Source: Desulfurococcaceae archaeon (lineage in GTDB: Archaea; Thermoproteota; Thermoprotei_A; Sulfolobales; Desulfurococcaceae). Taken from it: DNA of 64,000 bases. Below, one piece after another: positions 47,183-57,315 of the stretch. The stretch spans positions 90,384 to 154,383 of the forward strand of contig JAWAJB010000003.1 in assembly GCA_038888155.1 (NCBI GenBank). Direction: 5' to 3'. The translations under genes were made by a program, and so were the position numbers. A model generated the notes under the pieces. The model had not been told where the DNA came from and ran no database searches. It worked only from the letters and a program-made list of their open reading frames with translations. How positions within the stretch are numbered: position 1 is the stretch's first letter; every line of letters starts with the position of its first letter.

Positions 47183-47806
47183 TTAAGTCAGGGGCTCTAG
47201 GGCTTTCTTGAACTTAATGGTTTCCTCTTTTAGTACTCCATCTTTGCCTATTACTAGCACGTCAACCCCCTCGCCCGAGAAGCTATCCCTACCTAGAGCG
47301 CTAGTTACTGCCCTAGCTGCTAGGTTAACAGCATCCTCTACGGGCAGGTTTTCCCTGTAGCCTGACTCCAGTACTCCTAGGGCTATTGGGGAGCCGCTGC
47401 CAGTTGCAGCGTATTTCTCCTTAGTGACTGTTCCATAAAGGTCTAAGTAGTAGAGGCTGGGACCTTCCTTGTCGTAGCCCCCAAGCAGGAGCTGGACAAT
47501 AAATGGGTAAACCCTTAAGTACAACGAGAGGGTAAGAGATAGATAATTGGCTAGGCTGCTAATGCTTAGGGCCCTACCAGTGCTAACTTCGTACTTCTTC
47601 GCGAAAAACCTAGCGTTTTCAACGATGAACTGAGCGTCAGCTACTAAGCCAGAAATAGTGAGGGCAGCCCTCTCGTTCACCTTTGATATCTTTCTCACAT
47701 CCTTGTGGTAGATAGCTGCGCCCGCCGTTGCTCTCTTATCGGCAGCTAAAACAACGTAGCTACCCGTTGTAATGCCGACCGTTGTAGTCTTAGACTCTGC
47801 TTTCAT
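47183..47806 (-). CDS. psmB: proteasome subunit beta (second paralogue)
   Basis: The propeptide is followed by TTTVGITTGSYVVLAADKR. GSGS is present. Confidence 0.9.
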   Translation of the reverse strand: MKAESKTTTVGITTGSYVVLAADKRATAGAAIYHKDVRKISKVNERAALTISGLVADAQFIVENARFFAKKYEVSTGRALSISSLANYLSLTLSLYLRVYPFIVQLLLGGYDKEGPSLYYLDLYGTVTKEKYAATGSGSPIALGVLESGYRENLPVEDAVNLAARAVTSALGRDSFSGEGVDVLVIGKDGVLKEETIKFKKALEPLT

Positions 47807-47881
47807 CTAAGCTGCACCTGAGTCAGTTTAAGCAACTGTTTTTACTTTTATTACATGCTCACTTAATATAGCTATCGAGAA

Positions 47882-48946
47882 GTGGTGGCCTTGAGCGACG
47901 TCCACGAAATTAAGTTGCCAATGAAGGTTATTGTGGGGAGCCAGGCTGTAGTCAAAGTCGTTGAAGTGCTAAGGGACATCAGCAGCCAACGCATTCGCAT
48001 AGGCATTGTGACGGGGGAGAGCACGTACAGAGCTGGCGGTCGCTTGGTAGAGGAGCTCTTGGGCGAGAGCGCTGATATTACCACTTGGATTGTCCGAGAA
48101 TCTGTTCTGCAAACAGCAAAAGAGATCTCCAGTAAAGTCGCTGAAAGCAAGGTAAAAGTGCTTCTAGGCGTGGGAGGAGGCAAGCCCATTGATATAGCCA
48201 AGTACGCTGGACACAGCGCGGGCGTGCCCGTGATAAGCGTGCCCCTTTCGCCCAGTCACGACGGCATTGCAAGCCCATTTTCAAGCATTAGGGGCACGGA
48301 GCGGTCGTACAGCATGTACACAGCTGTCCCCTACGCAGTTGTAGCAGACATAGACTTAATATCGAGGGCCCCTAAGAGGCTCATATTATCCGGTCTGGGC
48401 GACCTCCTGGGGAAGTTAGTCTCAGTTAAGGACTGGGCTTTAGCTCACAGGCTACGAGGAGAATACTACGGCGAGTACGCTGCCCAGCTTGCTCTCCTGA
48501 GCGCAAAGCACGTCATGAAGTATCACGAGTTAATAGCAAGCGCAACTCCAGAGGGCATTAGGGTGCTCGTTGAGGCCCTAATAAGCAGCGGGGTCTCAAT
48601 GTGTATTGCGGGCTCGAGCAGGCCAGCTAGCGGTAGCGAGCACTTATTTGCTCACGCCCTTGAACTACTGGCGCCAGGCAAGGTGCTTCACGGCGAGGCT
48701 GTTGCCCTCGGCACTGTAGCCATGCTATACGTATACGGGGATCCCCTGTGGGCAAAGGTCAAGGAGATCGTGAGGAAAGTAGGGCTACCCTCTACAGCCA
48801 AAGAGCTAAATGTACCAGGGGAAACGCTCGTTAAGGCGCTCACAATAGCTCACACTATTAGGCCAGAGCGCTATACTATATTAGGCGAAAAAGGGCTATC
48901 AAGGGAGGCAGCTCTTAGAGTTCTCGAGGGGACGGGTATATTGTAG
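47882..48946 (+). CDS. egsA: sn-glycerol-1-phosphate dehydrogenase
   Basis: GVGGGKPIDIAKY, SHDG and GSEHLFAH are present. The Fe/Zn-ADH fold and about 350 aa length match archaeal G1PDH. Confidence 0.8.
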   Translation: MVALSDVHEIKLPMKVIVGSQAVVKVVEVLRDISSQRIRIGIVTGESTYRAGGRLVEELLGESADITTWIVRESVLQTAKEISSKVAESKVKVLLGVGGGKPIDIAKYAGHSAGVPVISVPLSPSHDGIASPFSSIRGTERSYSMYTAVPYAVVADIDLISRAPKRLILSGLGDLLGKLVSVKDWALAHRLRGEYYGEYAAQLALLSAKHVMKYHELIASATPEGIRVLVEALISSGVSMCIAGSSRPASGSEHLFAHALELLAPGKVLHGEAVALGTVAMLYVYGDPLWAKVKEIVRKVGLPSTAKELNVPGETLVKALTIAHTIRPERYTILGEKGLSREAALRVLEGTGIL

Positions 48947-48950
48947 TACT

Positions 48951-49643
48951 CTAAGGCCTCTTTATTACCTCTTGGAACACTAGCACGCTCACGCTGTCCT
49001 TGAACAAGTCAAATACGTCTGCTGCTAGCGCTAGCTTAGCGTAGTTAATGTTCTCGTGGGATATATATTTGCTGGGCAGAGTTATTGTTAATTTCTTCTC
49101 GCTCTCCTCATAGCTGACTCCCAGCTCCTCGCCAGGTATTCTGAGGTGCCTGACGGCTAAGTTCTTTAGCTTTTCGAGGGCATCCTCGAGCTTCCTCAAA
49201 ACCTTTACCTTGTACGTGAGGACCTTTCCTGCAAGCGGATGGTTAAAGTCTACAACTACTCTACCCCCGCTGATCTGCTTCACAATACCGCGCGAACCGC
49301 CAATCTCTACGGCGTCTCCGATTTTCACGCTGTATCCTCTTCTCTGGAACTCCCTCAAGCTAAATACTCTTACCTTGTTTGGATCTCTTTCTCCGAAGGC
49401 CTTATCCGGCGGAACCTCTATTTCTCTCTCTTCGTTTTCATTCATTTGAGTGATTTCATCTTCTACAAAAGGGTTGACCCAGCTTTTCCCCAGAACTACT
49501 AAAGTAGGGCCGTAGACCTTACCGGACTCGAAGATGTTCTCCTTCTTAGCTAGCTCTGCGTCAGTTGTGTCTATTACAGTGTTTGTATCCTTTATCTTAA
49601 CTGTGTACTCTACTAGCACGAAATCCCCCTTTGCGAGAGGCAT
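48951..49643 (-). CDS. FKBP-type peptidyl-prolyl cis-trans isomerase (long archaeal type)
   Basis: GDFVLVEYTVKI..., the insert-in-flap region and DFNHPLAGKVLTYKVKV are present. Confidence 0.85.
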   Translation of the reverse strand: MPLAKGDFVLVEYTVKIKDTNTVIDTTDAELAKKENIFESGKVYGPTLVVLGKSWVNPFVEDEITQMNENEEREIEVPPDKAFGERDPNKVRVFSLREFQRRGYSVKIGDAVEIGGSRGIVKQISGGRVVVDFNHPLAGKVLTYKVKVLRKLEDALEKLKNLAVRHLRIPGEELGVSYEESEKKLTITLPSKYISHENINYAKLALAADVFDLFKDSVSVLVFQEVIKRP

Positions 49644-49835
49644 AGCTCACACCTTAACCAGCGAATTCACAAGTGTAACAAGTCTTAATAAGCATAATAA
49701 ATACACTTGAGTAAGTTGTTACCTCAGCGCACAGCTAACTAGCGGCGCATTGTGCGGAATCGAGTTTTTAAATCCTTGATAGTTTTAAGTAGTTTAGGCT
49801 TCAAGGTTGGAGCTCATTAAGCAAGGTGTTTTAAG

Positions 49836-50063
49836 TTGAGCGATACTGCGCACAAGATACTCGAGGAGAACATTGGAAACATTGTGTTAATCAAGACAAG
49901 AGAGGGCATTTCACTTAGGGGAAGGCTCAGAAGCTTTGACCAACACTTGAACATAGTCCTAGAGGAAACTGAGGAGATTAGGAGCGAGGAATCTCCCCGC
50001 AAGCTTGGAACAGTTGTCGTAAGGGGGGACAACGTAATATTGATCTCCCCCGTAACTGAGTGA
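49836..50063 (+). CDS. Sm-like archaeal protein (SmAP/LSm)
   Basis: Sm1 is VLIKTREGISLRGRLRSFDQHLNIVL and Sm2 is VVVRGDNVILISP. Confidence 0.9.
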   Translation: MSDTAHKILEENIGNIVLIKTREGISLRGRLRSFDQHLNIVLEETEEIRSEESPRKLGTVVVRGDNVILISPVTE

Positions 50064-50081
50064 GAGTAGAGGTGCATTAAC

Positions 50082-50270
50082 GTGGTCAAGGGGACTGCAA
50101 GCCTCGGTAAGCGCGGGAGGAGCAAGACTCACATAAGGTGTAGGAGATGTGGAAGGCACAGCTTTAACGTAGCTAAGGGCTACTGTGCAGCTTGCGGCTT
50201 TGGTAGGAGCAAGAGGATAAGGAGGTACAGTTGGCAGAACAAGAAGGTCAGCGGGGTAAGGATAGTTTAA
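50082..50270 (+). CDS. rpl37e: 50S ribosomal protein L37e
   Basis: [39 protein letters not shown] is present. The gene lies directly downstream of the Sm gene, as is conserved in archaea. Confidence 0.92.
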   Translation: MVKGTASLGKRGRSKTHIRCRRCGRHSFNVAKGYCAACGFGRSKRIRRYSWQNKKVSGVRIV

Positions 50271-50298
50271 AAAGCCCCTATTTTAATTCTTAACCACA

Positions 50299-51549
50299 GT
50301 GTTATACAGAGTGATTTCTCTGTATTCCTACCTCGGTGAAGAAGCAATGGCGAAATACCTCATTAAGGCTAAAATAGTTATTGATGGAGTTGTTGAAAAG
50401 CACGATATTATAGGCGCGCTCTTTGGACAGACTGAAGGCCTCTTGGGGAGCGAGTTCGACTTAAGGAACCTCCAGGATAAGGGCAGAGTTGGGAGAATTC
50501 AGGTTAACACGAAAACCCACAGCAACAAAACTGTTGGAGAGGTCCTAATACCTAGCAACCTAGATAGGATCGAGACAGCCCTTTTGGCGGCAATGATCGA
50601 GACTGTTGATAGAGTTGGACCTTACGATGCCGAAGTAAAGGTAGTTGATATACACGACCTCAGGATGGAGAGAATCAAGAAGGTAGTTGAGAGAAGCGTA
50701 GAGTTGCTAAGAGTATGGGGAAAGGAGAGAACTCCAGACGTCAAGGAGGTAATTAGAAGCATACAGGAACAACTAAAGGCCCCCGAGCCTATATTATATG
50801 GCCCTGAGGAGTTGCCCGCTGGGCCTGATATTGAAAAAAGCGACACAATTATAGTAGTAGAGGGAAGAGCAGATGTAATAAACCTGCTGAAATACGGCTA
50901 CACGAACGTAATTGCCCTCGGGGGGGCTAGGAGGGTACCAGAAACAATTAAGTCGCTCTCCTCAAATAAGAAGGTAATTGTAATGGTCGATGGCGACCAT
51001 GCAGGGGAGCTAATCCTAAAGGAAGCCTTGAGGTCACTGAAAGTAGACTACATTGCTCGAGCCCCTGAAGGCCGTGAAGTAGAGGAGCTAACTAGCAAGG
51101 AGATCGAGGAGACGCTCAGTAGAGCCCAGCCCGCCCTAGAGTACCTCGAGAGCAAAGCGAAGCAAGAAAATAAGGAAGCTCTATCGCTACTCCAAACTCA
51201 GCGGAAACTGCACAAAGTGCCCGAGGAGCTTGTGGAGTCAGCCACAATAACGGTCCCTAACAATATCATAGAGAGCTTAAAGGCCCTCCAGGGCACCCTT
51301 GAGTCAGTCGTCTACGCGAGCGATTGGACTGAGATTAAAAGGCTTCCAGTTCGAGACTTAGTCGCAGAGCTCGAGGCTTTTGAGCCTGGAAAAGCCTACG
51401 CAGTTGTTCTAGACGGAATTATAACTCAAAGGCTCGTTAATGTAGCTACTAGCAAGAACATTAAATTAATTGTTGGAGCTAGGGTTGGAAAGCTACAGCT
51501 TAAACCGGCTGAGCCAACCTTTATAACTTTCAACGAGCTCGCGCCCTAA
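50299..51549 (+). CDS. dnaG: archaeal DnaG (Toprim-domain primase-like, exosome-associated); likely start is ATG at 50347
   Basis: MAKYLIKAKIVIDGVVEKHDIIGALFGQTEGLLG is present, with the Toprim segments IIVVEGRADVINL and MVDGDHAG. Confidence 0.9.
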   Translation: MLYRVISLYSYLGEEAMAKYLIKAKIVIDGVVEKHDIIGALFGQTEGLLGSEFDLRNLQDKGRVGRIQVNTKTHSNKTVGEVLIPSNLDRIETALLAAMIETVDRVGPYDAEVKVVDIHDLRMERIKKVVERSVELLRVWGKERTPDVKEVIRSIQEQLKAPEPILYGPEELPAGPDIEKSDTIIVVEGRADVINLLKYGYTNVIALGGARRVPETIKSLSSNKKVIVMVDGDHAGELILKEALRSLKVDYIARAPEGREVEELTSKEIEETLSRAQPALEYLESKAKQENKEALSLLQTQRKLHKVPEELVESATITVPNNIIESLKALQGTLESVVYASDWTEIKRLPVRDLVAELEAFEPGKAYAVVLDGIITQRLVNVATSKNIKLIVGARVGKLQLKPAEPTFITFNELAP

Positions 51550-53940
51550 TTATTTTTTACCGAAGTACTCAAGTAAGCTCCTCTTACCAGCGCTAGTCTT
51601 CTTTAGCTGCATATCTGTTACCCCAAAGCACTCAAGAATTCTAAGCGCGGCCGGCACTATTTGGTGATCGATGTAGTAGTTGTAGTCTATGATCTTGGGG
51701 TCCTTTACGAGCATGTAAGGCTCAGATCTATCTGATATCCTGCCGGACCCCTTGACAACAACAAACCCAACCTTATCCCCTATATCCACTTTAAACCCCT
51801 GCCTCATCAGCTTCTTGGCTACGCTCAGGTGCGGCGTTTCAGCGTCGTACTCCTCAATAGGCTTAGTGAGGGTCTTCCATATGACTAGCTTTCCTAGCGG
51901 TATTCTCCCCTGCGCTAAATCCGAGATCACCCCCCTAACGTAATCAACTGCCCTGTCAACGCTTCCCTCCTTGAGGATTATCTCTGTAACCTTCTCCTGG
52001 ACTTCTTTGGCGATCTCAGCCCAGTCCCCCCTTACGGCCTCGAACCCCACGATGTCAATTCTATTGTCGCCTAAGAGGCCTGCGTACCTCTTCTTAGCCT
52101 CACTGAAGAACACTCTCTTGTATACCTTGTCTACTTTAATTTCGAAACCTAGTTCCCTCTCTACGAGATCAACTAGTCCCTTTATCTTGTCCGGCTCGTA
52201 CGACACAAATAGCGAGTCGGTGTCCCCGTAAATCACCTTCAACTCTAAACTCCCTGCAAGCTCTATTGCCTTCTTGATTAATCGCCTCCCCCACGCTGTT
52301 ACAGCTTCTGCGCACTCGCGGCAATACCACCTAGCGGCAACCCAGCCCATGTATCCATAGGCGGCGTTTGCAAGTATTTTAACTGCGCGTTGCCGCTCAT
52401 CAAGTAGCCTATGCTCGTACGTACCTGGAGGATGCTTCTTCATTTCCTCTCTAATGGATTTTCTAAGCTCTAGGAGCTTGGTTAAGACGCTCTTGAAGAA
52501 ACCAGGAGGAGCGGCCCTAAAGCAGTGCCTCACCTCGGGGGCCACGTAGCTCTCCTCCTCATTGCACCCCTTGTTCCTTATAATAGTGTCAGGACCTACG
52601 TTGTACTTAATCATTATGCTCGGGTACATGCTCGTGAAGTCCAGCACAGCAATATTCTCGTGTATACCTGACAGAGGCCGAAGAACTATAGCGCCCTTAT
52701 ATGGCTCTACCTCTTTTTCCTCTCTATTTGGTATTAGCTCGTTCCGCTTTGATGCCTCGTACATTAAGAACCACTCTAGCCTGTAGCCAACGCTAGCTGT
52801 CCCCACTTGATCTAGCGGGAGCCTAGTCAAGTACGAGAGCTGGACTGCAAACGGGAGGAACTTCTCGCCGAGGCCAAGTGTAGCGAGCGTGTCGTCTAGG
52901 TTGTACTTCAGTAGCTCCTGCCTCCTATCGCGGTCTTTCCAGTACTTTGGGAAATCGCTGTAATCTACAAGCGTCCTCTCGTTCCGCTTCATCACTCCGA
53001 GGTAGTCTGCCACTATGTCGAGGCTCTTTAGCTTGATCTCAGGTATCTCCTCGGCGTAATTCAACAGGTCGACGTTAAGCCTGCCGGGAACAGAGACGTG
53101 CCCATAAGTGCTCGTAGTAGGGGGCGAGCCCTTTCTCCTCCCTATATCCAGCCTGAGGCCGTGCACTTTTGCTCTCTCGAGCATGTAAGGCCAGTCAAAT
53201 GCGTTGCTGTTGTATCCGAGGAGTATGTCTGGGTCGTAATTCAGCAAGTACTCGGAGAACTCTGAGATCACTTTGCTGTCGTCTACTTCATCTGCAACGA
53301 ACTGCCTTACCTCCCCTCTATCTGTGGCAGTTCCAATTATTATTATAGGGTCTCTGCTAGCTCTAGGCGATGTGTGCTCGGTGTAGACCTCTATGTCTAC
53401 AGCCATTACCCTGAGGTCCTTAGGTGGCGTGGAGTCCTCGAGAGACTTTATTTCCCCAGCCACTTCGTACTCGTCGCTCACCCTATAAGACCCCGTTGAC
53501 CTTTGCTTAGCCAATTTAGCTGTGTGCCACCCGCAGGGCCTAAGCTCTTTGTCCAGTATATACCTCATGCTGAACCTTATGTCTGCCTCTAGGACCTCGG
53601 AGATACCGCTCAGCTCTTTCACCTTTTCGCGGTACTTCCTAACAGTTTCGGGAATAACTGTAGTTACTCTCACGGCCTTTACGGGCCTGCCAAAGAACAG
53701 CTTGTCTACTTGCTCTACTCCAATTAATGGCGACGACCCCTCTGACAGCGATTTAACCTTGTTGATTACGCTTGGCGCCTCAGCCGCCTCGCGCAATACA
53801 GCGTAAAAGTACGGCCTAAAGCCCCTGTCGCGCAGAACAATTCTCCTCCCCTCTCGGTTAATTGCCCACATAATTACGTGAGGCTCTCCCCCCACTACTT
53901 CATACGTGACGTCAAGTAAGTAGAACTCTACTTCCTCCAT
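51550..53940 (-). CDS. polB: family B DNA polymerase with 3'-5' exonuclease (PolB3/euryarchaeal-PolB-like layout)
   Basis: ExoI is MAVDIEV, ExoII is YNSNAFDWPY and ExoIII is KYNLDDT. Pol motif A is LDFTSMYPSI, motif B is KILANAAYG and motif C is YGDTDS. No intein is present. Confidence 0.93.
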   Translation of the reverse strand: MEEVEFYLLDVTYEVVGGEPHVIMWAINREGRRIVLRDRGFRPYFYAVLREAAEAPSVINKVKSLSEGSSPLIGVEQVDKLFFGRPVKAVRVTTVIPETVRKYREKVKELSGISEVLEADIRFSMRYILDKELRPCGWHTAKLAKQRSTGSYRVSDEYEVAGEIKSLEDSTPPKDLRVMAVDIEVYTEHTSPRASRDPIIIIGTATDRGEVRQFVADEVDDSKVISEFSEYLLNYDPDILLGYNSNAFDWPYMLERAKVHGLRLDIGRRKGSPPTTSTYGHVSVPGRLNVDLLNYAEEIPEIKLKSLDIVADYLGVMKRNERTLVDYSDFPKYWKDRDRRQELLKYNLDDTLATLGLGEKFLPFAVQLSYLTRLPLDQVGTASVGYRLEWFLMYEASKRNELIPNREEKEVEPYKGAIVLRPLSGIHENIAVLDFTSMYPSIMIKYNVGPDTIIRNKGCNEEESYVAPEVRHCFRAAPPGFFKSVLTKLLELRKSIREEMKKHPPGTYEHRLLDERQRAVKILANAAYGYMGWVAARWYCRECAEAVTAWGRRLIKKAIELAGSLELKVIYGDTDSLFVSYEPDKIKGLVDLVERELGFEIKVDKVYKRVFFSEAKKRYAGLLGDNRIDIVGFEAVRGDWAEIAKEVQEKVTEIILKEGSVDRAVDYVRGVISDLAQGRIPLGKLVIWKTLTKPIEEYDAETPHLSVAKKLMRQGFKVDIGDKVGFVVVKGSGRISDRSEPYMLVKDPKIIDYNYYIDHQIVPAALRILECFGVTDMQLKKTSAGKRSLLEYFGKK

Positions 53941-54001
53941 GACGACCCTCTTGTTGATAACTACTGTTTAAGAGACTCAAAAACGCTAACCTCTAGTAGT
54001 A

Positions 54002-55072
54002 GTGGTAGAGATGCGCATAGTAGAGGAAGACCTCAAGAGGGGCTCACTCAAACTGCTAGTAGAGACTCTCGACGACCTGTGGGTTCTCTACAACATAGTA
54101 AATGAAGGCGACACTATCTACGCAAAGACAACTAGAGAGGTTAAAGTAGGGGATAATTCCCACGGCTCGAGATTACCTATGACTCTGGGGATCAAGGTTC
54201 AAAGAGTAGAGTTCCAGCAATTTAGCGACAAGTTAAGAGTGGGAGGACTTATAGTAAATGGACCCGAGAAGTACGGCGTAAAGGGAAAGCACCATACCCT
54301 ATCAATTGGAGTTGGCGATGTCTTGGTTATAGTTAAGGACAAGTGGGAAGACCCTCAGCTAGAGCTCATCAAGAGGTTCGCAACTAGAAGGGAGGCCCTG
54401 CTGATAATTGGTATAGACTACGACGAGGTATGCGTGGGAGCCCTAAGCGAGCAGGGCGTGAAGTACCTTTGGGAGGAGGTGCACAACATGCCAAGTAAAA
54501 TGTACCAAGTTGATTACAACGAGCTAGTTAAGGGCTTTGCTGCTCGCGCGTTAAGAGCAGTGGAGGAGATAATACAGCGAGAAGAAGTTAAGGCGGTAAT
54601 AATAGCGGGGCCGGGGGACATGAAGAGCCACTTAAGGTCTGAGCTGCTAAGCAAAATTAGCCTGCCTATATATATAGACTCGACCTCAACTGGCGGGTGT
54701 CAAGGGGTTAGAGAAGTCCTCAATAGGGATGTAGTCAAGGAAGTTGTTAGCGACTTAAATATAGTGAGGGCTAAGGGCGCGCTCGAGGACTTCAAGCGGC
54801 TACTCGTACTCGAAGACCAACTAGTTGCTTACGGACTAGAAGAAGTTCACCGCGCGTCGCTTATTGGAGCTATTAGCAAGTTGCTCGTAGCGGATGAACT
54901 ACTCAAGCTCCCCGAAGAAGAGGAGAGACAGCGGGTACTCGACGCTTTGAGAAATGCCTCCAATCACAGAGCAGAGATAATAGTTGTGCCGAGCAAGAGC
55001 GATGTAGGCTTAGAGCTGCTAGGCTTTGGGGGGATTGTAGCAATTCTCAGGTTCAAGCTAGGCAAGATCTGA
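54002..55072 (+). CDS. pelA: Pelota (mRNA surveillance / ribosome rescue)
   Basis: LKLLVETLDDLWVLYNIVNEGDTIYAKTTRE is present. The three-domain length (356 aa) fits, with an eRF1-like C-terminus. Confidence 0.9.
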   Translation: MVEMRIVEEDLKRGSLKLLVETLDDLWVLYNIVNEGDTIYAKTTREVKVGDNSHGSRLPMTLGIKVQRVEFQQFSDKLRVGGLIVNGPEKYGVKGKHHTLSIGVGDVLVIVKDKWEDPQLELIKRFATRREALLIIGIDYDEVCVGALSEQGVKYLWEEVHNMPSKMYQVDYNELVKGFAARALRAVEEIIQREEVKAVIIAGPGDMKSHLRSELLSKISLPIYIDSTSTGGCQGVREVLNRDVVKEVVSDLNIVRAKGALEDFKRLLVLEDQLVAYGLEEVHRASLIGAISKLLVADELLKLPEEEERQRVLDALRNASNHRAEIIVVPSKSDVGLELLGFGGIVAILRFKLGKI

Positions 55073-55777
55073 GTAAGCCCTCCTCAACAGCGGCTTCTCC
55101 TTAAGTAGGCGCTTAACTCCTTCCTCGAAGCTCTCCCCTGGGAGTAGGGCTAACTTGCCGAAAATGCCCGTTCTACCGGCCTCATCTCTTCTAGTCAGCA
55201 CTTTAACTCTCTCCTTCACTACGCTCACGTCGACCCCAAGAACCCTAGCGGTGTAATCCTCGTAGCCTACAACAGGGGCCTCTAAGTGCCCTCCAGGAGT
55301 TGGGAGGATGAGCACAAGGCTCTTGTTAACCCCGGGGACGCGCTTACCACTTAAGAGCTCGTGCAGGGTTAAGAAACCGCCGAACTTGTAGAACTCCAGC
55401 TCATGAGGCTTGTAGTCTGCGAGCGGGAAGCTGACTGTTACTCGCTCTTCTTGGTCTAGCGCAATGTATGCCTTCAACGTAGTTGTGGGCGTAGCGGCTA
55501 CTAGGTACTTAGCGTAGGGTTTAAAGCCAGCCCCCTCTAGCGCTAGCTCAACTGCGTATCCATTAACTCTCCTAGGTATAACTATATCGATATCGCTTTT
55601 AGCCCAGACGTCCCCTCTAGCTAAGCTCCCGTGGAGCCAGGCTTCAATGCCCTTCGTCGAGAAGGCCTCCACGACTCTAATCGCTGTTGACCTCAGCTCC
55701 TCTAAGAGCTTCCAGTGCTCCTCGCTGTAAATTACTTCCCTGAACTCGGGCTTGTACCTAACTTTGACCCTAGACAA
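55058..55777 (-). CDS. nucleotidyltransferase-domain protein (Pol beta superfamily)
   Basis: HGSLARGDVWAKSDIDIVI matches the G-S-x10-D-x-D pattern. Confidence 0.7.
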   Translation of the reverse strand: MSRVKVRYKPEFREVIYSEEHWKLLEELRSTAIRVVEAFSTKGIEAWLHGSLARGDVWAKSDIDIVIPRRVNGYAVELALEGAGFKPYAKYLVAATPTTTLKAYIALDQEERVTVSFPLADYKPHELEFYKFGGFLTLHELLSGKRVPGVNKSLVLILPTPGGHLEAPVVGYEDYTARVLGVDVSVVKERVKVLTRRDEAGRTGIFGKLALLPGESFEEGVKRLLKEKPLLRRAYSDLA

Positions 55778-55884
55778 GAGCTTCCCTTTAGTAAGGGATT
55801 TTAAAATGGCCTAAAATAACAGCTGAATAATTAAGGCGCTAGGTAAATTAACCGCAGAGAAGAATATTATATAGTGGTGTTTCA

Positions 55885-56958
55885 ATGGAGCCACGACTAT
55901 ACGTAGCTACGCTGGCATCGCTTTGGCTTGTTATAAACATTGTATATAAGCTTTACCTGCAAAGAGCGAAGTTCAGAAACCTCAGCGTTGACTTAAAGTA
56001 CTGGTTTCTGCTTATAATTAAGAGGCAGAGCTCGCCTGCTCCGTCGAGCAAGTACAGAGGTCCCTACATTGCGCTCAGCATACTCCTATACGCAGTAGCC
56101 TCTGCCCTCGCGTTCTATACCCTAATATACACGTTGTACTCGGGTCTGTTTATGCAAGTTCGAGGAACAGTTGTACTAGTACCTGGGCTGAACATCACTG
56201 GCGAAGACCTCGTCTTCTTTCTACTTGCTGTAGGTATAGCTGTTTCTCTCCACGAGTACTTTCACGCTAAGCTGGCCTTGAAGGCAAATATACCAATTAA
56301 GTCCTACGGATTTGCGCTCGCTTTAATATTCCCCGCAGCCTTTGTTGAAATAGATGAGAGCTCCTTTGAGAGAGCCGCTAAAGTCGCAAAGGTAGGGATC
56401 CTAGCCGCTGGAGTGTCAATAAACTTAGTTCTATTTGGTCTCTCAGCGCTCCTTTTGAACTCGATTGCATCCCCAGCTGGTTTAACAGTCGTAGAAGTCG
56501 AGGAGGGTGGCCTCGCTTGGGCTAGCGGAATAAAGCAGTACGACATTATATACAGCATTAACAACACAGAGGCCACTCTAACCTCCCTAAGGGAGTACTT
56601 AAGCATTAACAGGACAGTGACATTAGAGCTTGAAGTGTACAGGCCTGGAGTAGGGTTCCTCAGCATAACGCTAGTGAAGGTCGCAACTGTTAACAGGCTA
56701 GGGGTGTATATCTCGTTAGCTCCGCCTAGGCAGCTCGCTTCACTAGTGCATCCAGCGGGGTTCATCACACTGTTCAAGCTCACTTACTGGAACTACGTAG
56801 TTAACTACAGCCTGGTGTTCCTCAACGCGCTACCGCTGTTCATAACTGACGGAGGCAGAGTTTTCAGAGAGGTCCTTGGCGATAAGCTAAGTAAAGCGGT
56901 AAACACGCTAGTGTTAATTGTGCTGGCGGTATCCCTACTTGTGAGCTTGAGGCTTTAA
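55885..56958 (+). CDS. site-2 protease family (M50) intramembrane metalloprotease with PDZ-like insert
   Basis: HEYFH carries HExxH within a TM helix. NALPLFITDGG carries NxxPxxxxDG. A PDZ-like segment, GLAWASGIKQYDIIYSINN, is present. Confidence 0.85.
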   Translation: MEPRLYVATLASLWLVINIVYKLYLQRAKFRNLSVDLKYWFLLIIKRQSSPAPSSKYRGPYIALSILLYAVASALAFYTLIYTLYSGLFMQVRGTVVLVPGLNITGEDLVFFLLAVGIAVSLHEYFHAKLALKANIPIKSYGFALALIFPAAFVEIDESSFERAAKVAKVGILAAGVSINLVLFGLSALLLNSIASPAGLTVVEVEEGGLAWASGIKQYDIIYSINNTEATLTSLREYLSINRTVTLELEVYRPGVGFLSITLVKVATVNRLGVYISLAPPRQLASLVHPAGFITLFKLTYWNYVVNYSLVFLNALPLFITDGGRVFREVLGDKLSKAVNTLVLIVLAVSLLVSLRL

Positions 56959-56964
56959 ATAGCC

Positions 56965-57262
56965 ATAGGTGCCCGCGGGCGAGCTTTACGCGCCAAGTAG
57001 GGCAACCCGCTAGAGCCTTCTCACACCGGCTCCCACCGGTGACCCATGAACGCTGGTGTCCAGGGTTAGGTTGCTCCCTTCCGGGCCTGGCCAGGTTCCC
57101 CCAGCTAAGGTGGTTGACCCCCTCCCTCCAGAGGGAGCTCCACCTCCACCAGCCCCATGGGGCGGAGTTCACTGCCTGCATGTGAGGGATAGCGGGCGCC
57201 TCTACCTGACGCGTAATTGTCTGCCCTGGTAGTCCAGGGCCTACCCCTACCCGCGGGCTAAT
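56965..57262 (-). ncRNA. signal recognition particle RNA (7S/SRP RNA)
   Basis: The reverse complement of 57069-57094 reads GGCCAGGCCCGGAAGGGAGCAACC, the archaeal helix-8 GGAA tetraloop motif. The terminal helix pairs GCCCGCGGG (56971-56979) with CCCGCGGGC (57250-57258). The region is about 300 nt, GC-rich, non-coding and preceded by a TATA box. Confidence 0.88.
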
Positions 57263-57280
57263 AAATAGTTTCTTTGAAGC

Positions 57281-57290
57281 TATTTATAAA
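57281..57290 (-). promoter_or_regulatory. TATA box for the SRP RNA gene
   Basis: TTTATAAATA on the minus strand lies roughly 20-30 nt upstream of the predicted SRP RNA 5' end. Confidence 0.6.
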
Positions 57291-57315
57291 TCATCCTAGG
57301 AATTTAGAGTTTTAA

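Noticed and set aside
56304-56783. A 159 aa minus-strand ORF inside the M50 protease gene. Similar antisense ORFs lie at 625-891, 1066-1443, 9790-10218, 15900-16287, 28140-28512, 47872-48201, 49817-50159 and 61103-61462.
   Set aside because: All lie fully within, and antisense to, genes with strong motif support. They carry no motifs and have biased composition.
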